A stretch of 64,000 bases of DNA, taken from NCBI RefSeq assembly GCF_009914755.1, contig NC_060930.1; one strand, 5' to 3'. Position 1 is the stretch's first letter; every line of letters starts with the position of its first letter. A model generated the notes under the pieces. It was not told the origin of the DNA, searched no databases, and worked only from the letters and a program-made list of their open reading frames with translations. The position numbers and the translations under genes were made by a program. Of the stretch, positions 1 through 14,494 are shown piece by piece. Source of the DNA: the human T2T-CHM13v2.0 reference genome, Homo sapiens.

Positions 1-233
1 TTAGCTCATCATTTACATTAGGTATATCTCCTAATGCTATCCCTCCCCACTCTCCTCATCCTATGACAGGCCCTGGTGTGTGAAGTTCCCCACCCTGTGT
101 CCAAGTGTTCTCATTGTTCAATTCCCACCTACGAGTGAGAACATGCAGTGTTTGGTTTTCTGTCCTTGCGATAGTTTGCTCAGAATGACGGTTTCTAGCT
201 TCATCCATGTCCCTACAAATGACATGAACTCAT
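1..233 (-). mobile_element. L1PA 3' end fragment (5'-truncated; runs off window start)
   Basis: Antisense L1 3'UTR plus ORF2 C-terminus ([23 protein letters not shown]...LVGGN). Confidence 0.92.
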
Positions 234-1962
234 CTAGATGCATTTCTATTCTTTTACTCATCACCTTGAAACTTTTAAAATAGTTACTCAGTATTTCTTT
301 TCTAAACGTGTCTGCTTTATCCCCATCCAAGCCTGCTGTAACCACACATTGAACACCCCCAAACCTTGCTCAAGCTGATCTTACTATTTTTGTCTTAAAT
401 TTTAACCACGTTTTAAATGCATAAAAATTATGTATTATACGTAATTATGAATTACAAATAATTAAATGTACTTATTTTTAAAAACATGATTGAAGAAATT
501 CTCTTTTCTCGCAATCTCTTTTCTAAGACTAAATGAGTTCCCAGTGCTTGCCTGACACACGGTAGGTTCTCAATAAATGAAGCACACCTCCCATACCCCT
601 CCAAATAAACAGTTGTCTCTTTAAACCTAGACGTGAGTGCTCAGCAGGCATGTATTTCTCTGGGTTGGATTCATTTCATGGACAGTTGTCAAAGACTGAC
701 CCCTTTATGTTAATTTTCTGAATACTGTGCTTGACTGTGTTGCAAGCTAAACAGTACAGGATTAAATGTTCTCATTTCTGAGCTGTGAAGTGTTGAAACT
801 GATCAAGAGATGAAGGCAGAATGTCCGTCCTTTGGGAGAATAATCAGCCAGTCTATGTTGCTGCCACTCTTGGCTGCCGATTGGAATGCAGCTGTTAAGG
901 CAGCTGTTTAACTGTTTGTCCAACTTGAAAGGACACTGCCAAATGGCAAATATTTTCTATAACAACATTTTACTTTTGCTAAGAACAATAACAGTGCATT
1001 TTATTGAGCTCCAATGGCGTGCCAAACACGACAGATTTATTACTAGGCAGGTTCACAACCTGGACTGAACATGGATGCTCATTTCCATTTTTCATATATT
1101 TAGAAAAAGAATAAATGGGCTCCCAAAGGAAGCCTCTACACAAAACATCTCTACAGCTTAATTATTTGTTGAAATGACAGCATATTAACTTGAGAAAATG
1201 AAATATCTCAAAAGGAAAGATGAGAGTCTAGAAATATCACAGGAAAAAAATAAGGTTTAAGTATTTTAAATCTCTCTAATGTGGCCTAAGAGAGACTTAA
1301 CTCATACTTGTCCAGGACAGGTGAGGGCAGCAGTAACACAAGGAAATACATCATCTGTTGAATCCCCTGCAACTTATGGGTCCCAGGACTTCTGAGTCAT
1401 GCAGTTAATCTACATTGTTAATTAGAATGTTGATACTAAGTACTTAACAAACAATTATGTTGAATTTGACAGACTGTGAACCAGGTGAGGTGGGGTGGGA
1501 GGTTATCAGCTGTTATTTAATGGTAAAACCGGTATGCTAAATGTAGGCAGTCAAAATTAAGAAAACACATTCAAATGTGGAAGTACAATTTTCTATTAGA
1601 AGTCAGCAATAACTGCCATTCACAGAAGTTACTGTGTAATCCCCACAAACATTTATCAAGACTGCAGAGGTGAGGGGTGGTGGGGGGTGCATTCTCACTT
1701 ATTAAACCCCACAGCCAAAGCTGAAGCAGAGATGTTTTTGAAGGTGAACTGGGCTAATCAAAGGCATGGCCAGTGGAGATTCTAACCTACTTTTTCTCTA
1801 CTGTTTACTAGATGTTAATTAAATCACAAATGACAACAGTCTAATAGCAAAATGCATGCATTTCTACAAAGTTGACATGATTTCTTGGACAAAGATAGAC
1901 AAAGTTCAACATGCTGGATAATGGTCACTGAGGGCATCAAGATTTGTGATCCTCTTTTTCAG

Positions 1963-2127
1963 GGATACAGAAAAACAGCAAATACAAATCATGGATGAAA
2001 TTTATAAGATCACTTCCACAGAAAGGGTCCAGCTGTTGGAGAAAAAACTGGCTGTGCAACTGACTGAACTGAAGTCTGAGATAGAAGAGCAGGGAGCTCT
2101 TCAGGGAACAGCTAATCGAGTTTACAG
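1963..2127 (+). CDS. CCDC162P: Coding exon 1 (ATG at 1991): MDEIYKITSTERVQLLEKKLAVQLTELKSEIEEQGALQGTANRVY(S)
   Basis: Acceptor cctctttttcag|G; Kozak aaatcATGG (-3 A, +4 G); donor AG|gtaaat; phase 2; coiled-coil-like composition. Confidence 0.9.
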
Positions 2128-2567
2128 GTAAATAGTGGCACTGAGAAGGTGTGATCTTCAGGGGCTTTACTCCCCACTCTCACTCCGTAATCTACATCAG
2201 CACCCTCTCTTCTTTTTACATAGACAATTGGCATTATCTCCAGTTCAGATAAATAGTATATAATAGCAGTTTCAGGTACCCATTTCTAACCTGATTGCTA
2301 CCTCTAAGATTTTTCTATATTCTAGATTTGTTAAGACAGATCCAAGCAAAAGTCTTACCAAGGAAAATGTAAGTGTTTTTACATGTTAATTAATGCTATT
2401 GTCTTGAAGTTACAGGAGCTATAATACAAATCATACTCAATGAAAGGAGATCTCATTTTACCCAATAATATTTTAATTGAATTTGACTTTGATGTTGGTG
2501 AGAAATTTAAAAGCTGAAATAATGGTAGGCACTTAGTAATACATTATGCAAAACAATGTTCTGTGAG

Positions 2568-3090
2568 TGTTACCAGCACTCTGGATTCTTGCTGTCTCCC
2601 AGGATAGAAATCAAGAGAGATCACCAAACAGAGCAGCAGCAAAGGTAAGTGTATTCAGGTTGTGCACAAGGGAGCCAGCACCAAGAAAGGAAAAGGAAAG
2701 AGATGCTCTCCAAGGGTAGTGTGTGCATTAGTTTTATAGCATCCTTTGATAGAGAAGGGTTACATCAGGGCATATATGGCGGGGTGCGGGGGGTGTGGTT
2801 TCTAGTGCTCATACAGTGGCTCAACATGCTTCTTCATACATCAAATGTAGCATTAGCATTTTAAATCTCCACCCAAGGCATTATTCTTAGCACAAAAATG
2901 AGGAAGGGGTAACTATAGGTTGAGTTTTAGTTCTAACTGCACCTGTGGGGCTTTGTGGAAGTCTCTATCCCCCCAAAGTAGGAACTTGCTGTTAATAACT
3001 CCTTGGGTCTTTTGTTACTGATTTGCTGAGAGTTAGGTAAGCTAGGGCTTGAGTAGGGGCTTCTGTTCTCCTCTAGAGCAGATCACAACA
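2568..3090. mobile_element. Probable ERV1-type solo LTR (family not assigned)
   Basis: TG...CA ends; motifs (tagcattagcattttaaatctccacc) resembling MER4-group LTRs; boundaries approximate. Confidence 0.45.
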
Positions 3091-5667
3091 GGAAGCCAGC
3101 CAGCCTGTTTCATTAGGAGCTCTTCTATAGGTAAGTGCTGCCAACAACAGCAATCAAGTTATTGTAGAGAAACAAGAGACACAGATCAGCCCCTAATGGC
3201 AAGTCTCATGGACCCAGGACCTTCATATCCCTGTTTCTGATACTGCCACAACTGATCAAAAGGAGCAATATAAGAACCCTGTTAGGTTGAATCGTTGAGA
3301 AAACACAATGTGGATGGTGAGAGGTTTGGAGAGGTCAGAAGATGCAGTAAGCAGGTGAATTAGTACTTCATTCCAAAGACAATTCTGAAGAACCAGCATT
3401 TCATATGTTTTTTAATTAGTATTTAAAACCATTAGGTGTCTGAAGCAAATCAGATTGTGTGATGAGATGGAAAGATCATGGAACCATGCAAGTCATAATT
3501 TCTCTCAATTTTGGTTTCTTTATTTGAAAAATGAGGTTAGTACCTTGCCTACCTACATAAGGTTGTGAGGATAATGAAATAATGCATGTTAAAGTATTTT
3601 TAAGACTAGAAAACACAATGCAAAGATGGAGTGTTGATATTATTATGATTTAAATGTCAGAATGTCAGGCAAGTGACTCCCCAGTGTACACTGGGATAAG
3701 AAAGGCTTTCTGATGTCTCTTAGAATCGAGTGATGGGAAATCCTGGATAGCCTTATTTGTCTACTCCCCCAAATCACCCAACACTGCACCTAACAAATAC
3801 TTCTTGAGCACCTTCTGTTTTCCAGGTGCTGTGCTAGGTTCTAGAGTCCAAGGAACATGGAAATATCCACTCCTGATAATCACTTTAACATTCTCATTCC
3901 ACTAGATTGAAAAATCTATTGAGGCTTGGAGAAGAACTGTGTGTCTTAAACATTTCCGCCCCCCCCCGTTTTTTTTGCATCCTTTCCCTTGTTTTACTCC
4001 ACAAACCCAAGACTTTGCAGTGGTTAAGTGTTTCATAAATTCTTGCTGAATGAATAAATGAATGAATGTATGTTGAATGAACAATGCTTGATGAACGTAT
4101 GAGTAAATCTCTTTTTGCAGGTTGATGTACACACTACTTATGTTCACCAGTCTCTTCAGGGTCATTCACAGGCACTTTGAGGCTAACTGAGAGGAAAGAC
4201 AAGATCTGAGTGAGAGAGGGCTGGGTAGCTAAGCCCATGACCCTCCCCATCTCCCAGTATGCCAAAGATAAGAAGACAAGAGGGCAGGGGAAAGTTTCTT
4301 GTGTTTCTCTAGCTGCCTAGTAATAGCTGATCCCTTTTCTGGTTGGTTACTCATTCCCCACTGCCACAAGGCTGCAGCCAGGATTCAGAATGACAGAAAT
4401 TATACCTCAGGTTTATTACCGGTTTTATTCTCAAATCCCTTTCAGAGCTCACCTCTTTTTCTTTTTCCATTAAAGCGAAGATATTAGGAGATAAGAGGGG
4501 CATTATCTCCAACTTCAGGGGTGGAAATTTGACACAATGTGTCTAAATGGGTTGCTTAGGCTCACTTGACTGATGGATTTCTTGACTGTCAGCCTGGGGT
4601 TCTTTTCACAGAACCACTGCCTGCAGTGGGGGAAATTGCTGGCAAGTGTACAAACTAACAGTGTATTTTTATCTTCCCTTAAAACTTATCTGGGAACTCA
4701 TAGGCCATATGAACAATAATAACCTAAATGTCACTGCTTACACCTCCTGCATAATCTCTAGGTGGTCTCTCACCTGTGTTCCAGACTACCTGCTGTGGCC
4801 CCTTACCAATGTCTGCAAAATACTATCTTGAGAAAGTGATGTCTGCATCAGGGTTGCTGTTTCCTGATGTTTTCAAAGCTGCCAAACCTTGGGATATATC
4901 TTATCCCAAATGTGGAGCACTCTGCTGTTCCTGACCCAGGGTCCACCCCCTTACCAGGTGACCCCACAGCTTGTGCCTCCTTGTATCAGAGTCCATGGTA
5001 AAAACAACAGGTCCCTCATCAGTGGGTGTGAACAGGAATCCACAAGGCTGCTTAAACAGGCACTTCTGCTATAAATGTTTTTCCTACGAATCAATAATTT
5101 TCCTGAAGCATTAAGTTTGGTTAAAATGATTCCTGAAGTATTTCATGTTTGATATTTAAGAGTCATTCCCACCCCCCAGCAGATAATTCATCAAGAACAC
5201 AAAAATAAAAGCATTTTATTTTAAATTACACGATACTGGTTTTATGTGCCAACTAGGGTGAAAATGGGATCTGAGAGGCACAATATTTGTCAGAGATAAG
5301 GTTGCTGGAGGGAATTCAGGTGGGGAAATAAAAATCCTCACCATTGTGTCCCTCCCTTTATTCTGCAGTAGGAAATAGTGAAGTGAATCAAGGGTAGAAC
5401 GAAATACTCTGTTTGTTTGGGGAGGGGAGAGAAAAATTGGCCCAGGGAAAGGTTTAGCAAACATGCTAATCAAAGAAGAATCAAGAAAGATTCTAACCAA
5501 AACAAAAGGATGTGGCCTTTGCGTGCCCTCAATAATCCAGTATAATATGATATACTTATTCAGAAATGAGCAGTTGTGAAGAGTTACAGATTAATCATGG
5601 TCTATCTATAATCTGGTCGATTACAGCTTCTGTAATTACCACTTATATTGCATAAATCTTTCTGCAG

Positions 5668-5740
5668 CTCTATTCAAATGCCAAAGGATATTTATTACTT
5701 TAGAAGAGAGAGGGAACTAGCACTGAAGAAAACCTTACAG
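5668..5740 (+). CDS. CCDC162P: Coding exon 2: (S)SIQMPKDIYYFRRERELALKKTLQ
   Basis: tctttctgcag|C ... CAG|gtgagt; 73 nt, phase 2->0. Confidence 0.92.
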
Positions 5741-5990
5741 GTGAGTAAGACAGTGGGCTATTTCAATATGACAATAAGTTTGATTTTGCTGACTGGTAAC
5801 TTTTAGCAGAAACAGTATTTTTGCAGACAAACAGCTGATGCTATTAACAGTATTTATGAGAACAGTCCACTATTCAGCTTACCACTGAATCAGAGCAGAC
5901 CATTATTTCCTTGGAAATGTCTGATTTTGTGATATTTGAAATTTTACAGTTCTTTAATTTGGGATGTTAAAACTAGTTATTTGGGTTTAG

Positions 5991-6101
5991 GTGGCCGAGT
6001 CGAAGCCCCTTGTTGTTCAGGCAGATGCCGTGCAGAGGGAGCTAGAGAGCTGCCTAAGAAGGGAGTACACCCCTGAAAATTTACCTTTGCTTCTGTTGCA
6101 G
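5991..6101 (+). CDS. CCDC162P: Coding exon 3: VAESKPLVVQADAVQRELESCLRREYTPENLPLLLLQ
   Basis: gtttag|GTG ... CAG|gtaaga; 111 nt, phase 0->0. Confidence 0.92.
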
Positions 6102-6400
6102 GTAAGAGTGATACTGCAATTTGAAAAATTCATTTGAAATTAGTAGAAATGTATGGGCAAACTGGCTTTCAGGAATATCCTTTCGCTAGGGTAGGTTTTG
6201 TTTTTCTCGACATGTATAGTTTGCAGAACTTGGCTAGTGTAAACGCTGTTCTTTGTTAGAGATCTATTTCACAGTTTTAAATTCAGCTTAAAGGCACGGA
6301 ACAATTGACTGAATTTCTGCTAAGTACTTTCTGTGTCGATAATGTAGGGCAATACCACATTGACTAGGACAGTTCTAGCCCTTAAAAAGCTATTGGCTGT

Positions 6401-6835
<435 letters not shown>

Positions 6836-6893
6836 TTAAGAAAAACAGTATGGTACATGGTAGAATATTGTTCTGCCATTAAACATTTTTTAT

Positions 6894-7328
6894 TGTTAAA
6901 TTAAGTTTAGCTTAAAGCTGCCTCATTTTAAGTTCAGAACCCTTGGTAAGGTTTCTCCCTACATAGTGACGTGTAACCTAACTGGACTGTAAATAGACCA
7001 TAACCTACTCTTGTAACAAGTAACTGAGTCTCAGCCAATCACAGAAGCCATACTTCAGCCACTTGCAGGCAGCCAACTGTTCAAAGTGTGTTCAAATAAG
7101 GCAAACACTGAGCTGTAACCAATCTGACTGTTTCTGTACCTCACATCTCTTTTCTGTTACTTCACTTTCCTTCTTCTGTCCATAAATCCTCTTTCACTGT
7201 GCAGCAGTGCTGGAGTCTCTCTGAACTTACTCTGGTTGGGGGGCTAGGAGGGCTGCCCAATTCATGAATTGTTCTTTACTTAATTAAACTCTGTTAAATT
7301 TAATTTGTCTAAAGTTTTTCTTTTAACA
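6894..7328 (+). mobile_element. MER57-family ERV1 solo LTR
   Basis: tgttaaattaagtttagc...gtttttcttttaaca matches recalled MER57 ends; near-TSD ttat/ttag. Confidence 0.8.
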
Positions 7329-7766
7329 TTAGCATAAGGAATTATTATATATGAAATATTAGTTAATAAAAACTAATGTGTGTATGTATGTGTGTCATAA
7401 TGGTCAAGTATGTATAGAAAAAAAATCACTTGAAGGACTTAGACCAAATGCTAATGAATGTTATGTTTGGATGGCAGGATAATGAAGTTCCCCTTTTTAC
7501 TTTTATATGTTTGCTAAATTTTCTATAATAAGTATATATTATTTTGATTTTAAAATTCCTTGTTCTCTATTCCTGTGTTACAAGTTATATCTTACCTATG
7601 CATACAAATTAGTTCTTTAGCAACTAGTTAGGAATTAACTATTACATTAATCACAAAGAAACAAAAGATATTGAGATACTATTTGCAAGTCAAATTGTCA
7701 TCATTGTCTTCATTCAGGATTATCTTTCCCTATCATTTCTGGCATTTTTCATTCTTTTGTGTATAT

Positions 7767-8015
7767 CAGTGTTTCTCAAGGGACAGAGAAGAGGGGTAGA
7801 GATAGAAGATATTTTGTGCCCCAAGGGACATTTGGAAATGTCTGGGGATATTTCTTGTTGTCATAATTTGGGTGAGGGGTATGATTGGTTGCTACTAGCA
7901 TTAAGTGAGTAGAGGCCAAGGATGCTGCTAAACATTCTACAATGCACAAGGCAGCCTCTCACAATGAAGAATTATGTAGTCCCCAATGTCAATAGCTGCT
8001 GAGGTTGAGAAACTC
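7767..8015. mobile_element. MER20 (hAT-Charlie) DNA transposon
   Basis: gggacatttggaaatgtctgg...gaggccaaggatgctgctaaacattctacaatgcaca...gaggttgagaaac. Confidence 0.8.
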
Positions 8016-8531
8016 TAGTATTATCTAAACTTCCATAGGACATAATTTGCCTTCTCTCTGAAGAATTTTCTTTAGCATTTCTAGTAGTTCAGGTCTGCAA
8101 GGGACAAATTCTCAGTCTTTGTTATTTTGAAAGAAGTATTTCCCCTTCATTTTGGAAAGATATTTTTGTTCAGCATAGAATTCTGGTTTGGTGATTTTTT
8201 ATTGCTTTAAAATACTGCTCCATTGTCTTTTCTCTTTTGTCTTACATAGTTTCTCTTTCTTTCTTTCTTTTTCTTAGGTGACAGCTTTATTTTCATTAAG
8301 TATACACATTTTTGCAATTAAGATTAATTATACAAAAAATATAAAACATGCCATTTTAAAATAGAACTGTGGAATAGTTTGAATTTTTATCACTACTATA
8401 TGTAAGTACACATGTTTATTCATAAGCTAAAAGGAAACTCAAATATATATCATAACAGGAAAGAGCACTTCACTAATTTAAGTGATTTTTTTTTCCGTCA
8501 GCCTCTCACCATTTGCTTACTTGAACTAATG

Positions 8532-10868
8532 TGATATGGTTTGGCTGTGTCCCCACCCAAATCTCAACTTGAATTGTAGCTCCCATAATTCCCATGTGTC
8601 ATGAGAGGGACTCGGTGGGAGGTAATGGAATCATGGCGGTGGGTCTTTCCCATGCTGTTCTCATGATAATAAGTCTCACAGATCTGATGGTTTTATAAAG
8701 GAGTGTTCCCCTGCACATGTCCTCTTGCCTGCCACCACATAAGGTGTCCCTTTGCTCTTCCTTCGTCCTCTGCCATGATTGTGAGGCCTCCCCAGCCATG
8801 TGGAACTGTGAGTCAATTAAACCTCTTTCCTTTATAAATTACCCAGTCTCATGTATGTCTTTATTAGCAGCACGAGAATGGACTGATACAGTAAATTTAT
8901 ACTGTTAGAATGGGGTACTGCTCTAAAGATACCTGAAAATGTGGAAGCAACTTTGGAACTGGGTAACAGGCAGAGGTTAGGACAGTTTGGAGGGCTCAGA
9001 AGAAGAAAGGAAGACGTGGGAAAGTTTGAAACTTCCCAGAGACTTGTTGAATGGCTTTGACCAAAATGCTGATAGTGATGTGGACAATAAAGTCCAGCCT
9101 GAGGTGGTCTCAGATAGAGATGAGGAACTTATTGGGAACTGGAGCAAAGGTGACTCTTGCTATGTTTTAGCAAAGAGACTGGCAGCATTTTGCCCTTGCC
9201 CTAGAGATTTGTGGAACTTTGAACTTGAGAGAGATGATTTAGGGCATCTGACCAAAGAAATTTGTAAGCAGCAAAGCATTCAAGAAGTGAATTGGGTGCT
9301 GTCAAAAGCACTCAGTTTTATGGATTTGCAAAGTTATGGTTTGGAATTGGAACTTACATTTAAAAGGGAAGCAGAGCATAAAAGTTCAGAAAACTTGCAG
9401 CCTGATGATGTGATAGAAAAGAAAAACCCATTTTCTGAGGAGAAATTCAAGCTAGCTGCAGAAATTTGTATAAATAACAAGGAACCAAATGTTAATCAGC
9501 AAGGCAATGGGGAAAATGTCTTCTGGGCATGTCAGAAGTCTTCATAGCAGCCCCTCCCATCACAGGCCTGGAGGCCTAGGAGGAAAAAATGGTTTCCTGG
9601 GCTGGGCCCAGGGCCTTGCTGCTTTGTGCAGTCTCAGAACTTGGTGTCCTGAGTCCCAGCCATGGCTAAAAAGGGTCAATGTAGAGCTCAGGCCATTGCT
9701 TCAGAGGGTGCAAGCCCCAAGCCTTAGCAGCTTCCACATGGTGTTGAGCCTGCAGGTGCACAGAAGTCAAGAACTGAGGTTTGGGAACCTCCACCTAGAT
9801 TTCAGATGATGTGTGGAAATGCCTGGGTGTCCAGGCAAAAGTTTGCTGCAGGGCAGAGCCCTCATGGAGAACCTCTGCTAGGGCAGTGTGGAAGGGAAAT
9901 GTGGGGTGGGAGCCCCTATATGGGGTCCCCACTGGGGCACTGCCTAGTGGAGCTGTGAGAAGAGGGCCACCATCCTCCAGACCCCAGAATGGTAGATCCA
10001 CTGACAGCTTTCACCGTGCACCTGGAAAAGCTGCAGACACTCAACGCCACCCCATGAAAGCAGTCAGGAGTGGGGACTGTACCTTGCAAAGCCACAGGGG
10101 CAAAGCTGCTCAAGACCATGGGAATGCACCTCTGGCATCAGCGTGACCTGGATGTGAGTCATGGAGTCAAAGGAGATCATTTTGGAGCTTTAAGATTTGA
10201 CTGCCCTGCTGGATTTCAGATTTGCATGGGGCCTGTAACCCCTTTGTTTTGGTCAATTCCTCCTATTTGGAATGGGTATATTTACCCAATGCCTGTACCT
10301 CCATTGCATCTGGGTAGTAACTAACTTGCTTTTGATTTTACAGGCTCATAGGCAGAAGGCACTTGCCTTGTCTCAGGTGAGACTTTGGACTGTGGACATT
10401 TGAGTTAATGCTGAAATGAGTTAAGACTTTGGGGGACTGTTGGGAAGGCATGATTGGTTTTGAATTGTGAGGACATGAAATTTAGGAGGCACCAGGGGCT
10501 GAATGATATGGTTTGGCTCATATCCTCAGCCACATCTCATCTTGAATTGTAGCTCCCATAATTCCCATGTGTCATGGGAGGGACACAGTGGGAGGTAATT
10601 GAATCATGGGGGTGTGTCTTTCCCATGCTGTTCTCATGATAGTGAATAAGTCTCATGAGATCTGATGGTTTTATAAAGGGGCATTCCCCTGCACATGTCC
10701 TCTTGCCTGCCACCATGTAAGATGTGCCTTTCTCCTCTTTTGCCTTCTCTCTTGATTGTGAGGCCTCCCCAGCCATGTAGAACTGTGGGTCCATTAAACC
10801 TCTTTTTCTTTATAAATTACCCATTCTTGGGTATATCTTTATTAGCATTATGAGAACTGACTAATACG
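8532..10868 (+). mobile_element. Full-length THE1B (MaLR): 5' LTR 8532-8890, internal region, 3' LTR 10504-10868
   Basis: Two ~360-bp direct LTRs starting tgatatggtttggct; perfect 5-bp TSD TAATG (8527-8531, 10869-10873); ORFs 8987-10324 are THE1-int remnants. Confidence 0.93.
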
Positions 10869-10973
10869 TAATGTTTCCATGGTTCGTCTTGGTCACTGGC
10901 ATTGACCAGCAAAAGTCTTTGCATTTCACAGGCACATTAAAACCTAAATTATCCACAAAATCCAAAGTAACTT

Positions 10974-11358
10974 TCTTTTTTTGATATTTTATTCTTTTTT
11001 AAATAATTTCAACTTTTATTTTAGATTCAGGGGGCACATATGCAGGTTTGTTGCCTGGGTATATTGCGTAAGCCTGTGGATTGAGGTACAATTGATCTCG
11101 TCACCCAGGTAGTGAGCATGGTATGCAATAGGTAGTTTTTCAACCCCTACTCCCCTTCACTCCCTCCCCTCTCTAGTAGTTCCCAGTTTCTATTGTTCCC
11201 ATCTTTATGTCCATATGTACCCAAAATTTAGCTCCCGCTTATAAGTGAGAACATGCGATATTTGGGTTTCTATTTCTGCATTAATTCACTTAGGCTAATG
11301 GCCTCTAGCTGCATCCATGTTGCTGCAAATGACATGATTTCATTCTTTTTTATGGATG
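10974..11358 (-). mobile_element. 5'-truncated L1PA13-16-type 3' end
   Basis: tttcaacttttattttagattcaggggg...gtcacccaggtagtgagc...ataagtgagaacatgc, characteristic older L1PA 3'UTR. Confidence 0.85.
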
Positions 11359-11890
11359 TACATAGTTTCCATTTCTGATCATAGCATATCTTTTTATTTC
11401 TGGCTGCTTTTAAGATTTTTTCTTAATGGTTTTTAGATATTTTATTATGATGCATGTTGAAGTTTTCTTTGCGTTTTTCTTGCTTGGGGTTGGTTGAGCT
11501 TCTTGGATTGTGGGTTTATTGTTTTCATCAGTTTTTAAAAAACTTCAACCATTATTTTTTCAAATATATTTTCTGCCTGCACTTCTCCTTCTGGGAATCC
11601 AGTTACACATTTGTTAAATACTTCATATTGTTTCATAGATCATTAAGACTACTAATTTTCTTCAGTCTTTTTCCCCCCTCAGTGCCTCATTTGACATAGT
11701 TCCTGTTGCTATGTCTTCAAATTTATCAGCCTTTTCTTATGCACTGTCTAATCTACTTTAATCCCATCCAGTCAGTATTTTATTTCAGATATTGCATTTT
11801 TCATTTCTAGAAGTTCCCATTTGATTTGTTTTGATATTTTCCATTTATTTCCTCATTATGTTCACATTTCTTTTCTTATTCTTTTTTAAA

Positions 11891-12182
11891 TTTTTTTTGA
11901 GACGGAGTCTCATCTCACTCTGTTGCCCAGGCTGGAGTGCAGTGGCTTGATTTCAGCTCACTGCAAACTCTGCCTCTTGGGTTCAACTGATTCTTGTGCC
12001 TCAGCCTCCCAAGCTGGGATTACAGGCACACACCACCACAGCTAGCTAATTTTTGTATTTTTAGTAAAGACAGGGTTTCGCTATGTTGGCTAGGCTCGTC
12101 TCAAATTCCTGGCCTCAAGTGATCCGCCCACCTCAGCCTCCCAAAGTGCTGGGATTACAGGCATAAGCCACCCTGATCAGCC
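11891..12182 (-). mobile_element. Alu (S/J)
   Basis: poly-T, then antisense Alu dimer. Confidence 0.93.
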
Positions 12183-12256
12183 TATGTTCACATTTTCCTT
12201 TCAATCCTTGAGCATGCTGAGCATATTTACAATAGTTCTTTAAAAGGTCTTGTTGG

Positions 12257-12675
<419 letters not shown>

Positions 12676-13730
12676 TTATTGAATGCTGAAAATTGTCAAT
12701 TTTTCATTATTAAGTACCAGATTTTTTGTATTATTTAGAGCTTATTGGACTTTATTCTGGTAGGCAGTTAAGTTACTTACAGATCAGCTTAATCCTTTCA
12801 AGGCTGAAGGATTGTTAGAGCAGGTTTAGAATAATCATTACTCTAGGCATAGTTTATCCTTTTACTAAAGCTTTTGATGTCTCTACTAAATGTCCCAGAT
12901 ATTTAGTGAAAAGCCCTCACTCTAGCTGGTTGGACTTGAACAACTCTCAGCCTCATATGAACTCGGAACTGTTCAGTTTACAATTCCCTAGTCAGTTATT
13001 CTTTGGACAGCCTCCTGGAGTTTCACCTTTTACATGCATGGCTTAGTATTCAGCAACAGACTGAAAGGGATCTTGATGCAGATTTCTAGAATCCCTTCTT
13101 TGCATGGCTTCCTTCTCTCCTGCAAACATCAGCTGACTCAATTTTCCAAATTTCAGTTTCTCTTTCTTTAACTCAGAGAGATCATCTACTCTGCTTAGGA
13201 TTCCCTTTCTTGCTCCATGGCTCAGAAACTGCCTTCTGGTATGAAACTAAGGTGATTGCAGGGCCTACATGATTTGTTTCCTTCTCTCAGGGACCAGAGT
13301 CCTGCATTGCCCATTGTCCAGTGTCAGAAAACAGTTACCTTGTATATTGTGTCCAATTTTCTAGTTGTTTATGATAGAAGGGTAAGTCTGGTTCTGGTTA
13401 TTCCATCACAGCCAGTATTATTTTTATTATCAGAAAGAAAATCTTTAAAAGAATTAACTGTTTTTAAGTATAAATAAAATTTCTGATCTGAGGTTAAAAG
13501 CTATAATCTTACCTGTAATGTACTCTGTATTTTTGACTCATAAGTTCAGTTTTTAATAAAAAATTTTAGGCTCAGCTTTAGATTACTTGACAGACTTTTA
13601 TGTCACTGCTAAAATTGTTTGGTAACTGAGAAATTAGCTTAAATCTATTGACTTGGTAACAGATCATAAAGACTTAGAAATGTCTACTCACTTTATTTCA
13701 ATTTGAATACTATCTTGAGCCAGACTTCTC

Positions 13731-14058
<328 letters not shown>

Positions 14059-14096
14059 TAATGTTATGGTCTTCATATAGAAAAATACATCTTTCC

Positions 14097-14494
<398 letters not shown>

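Noticed and set aside
8987-10324. Cluster of long ORFs (186, 106, 111, 84 aa)
   Set aside because: Broken remnants of the THE1 internal ORF between the two LTRs; not a host gene.
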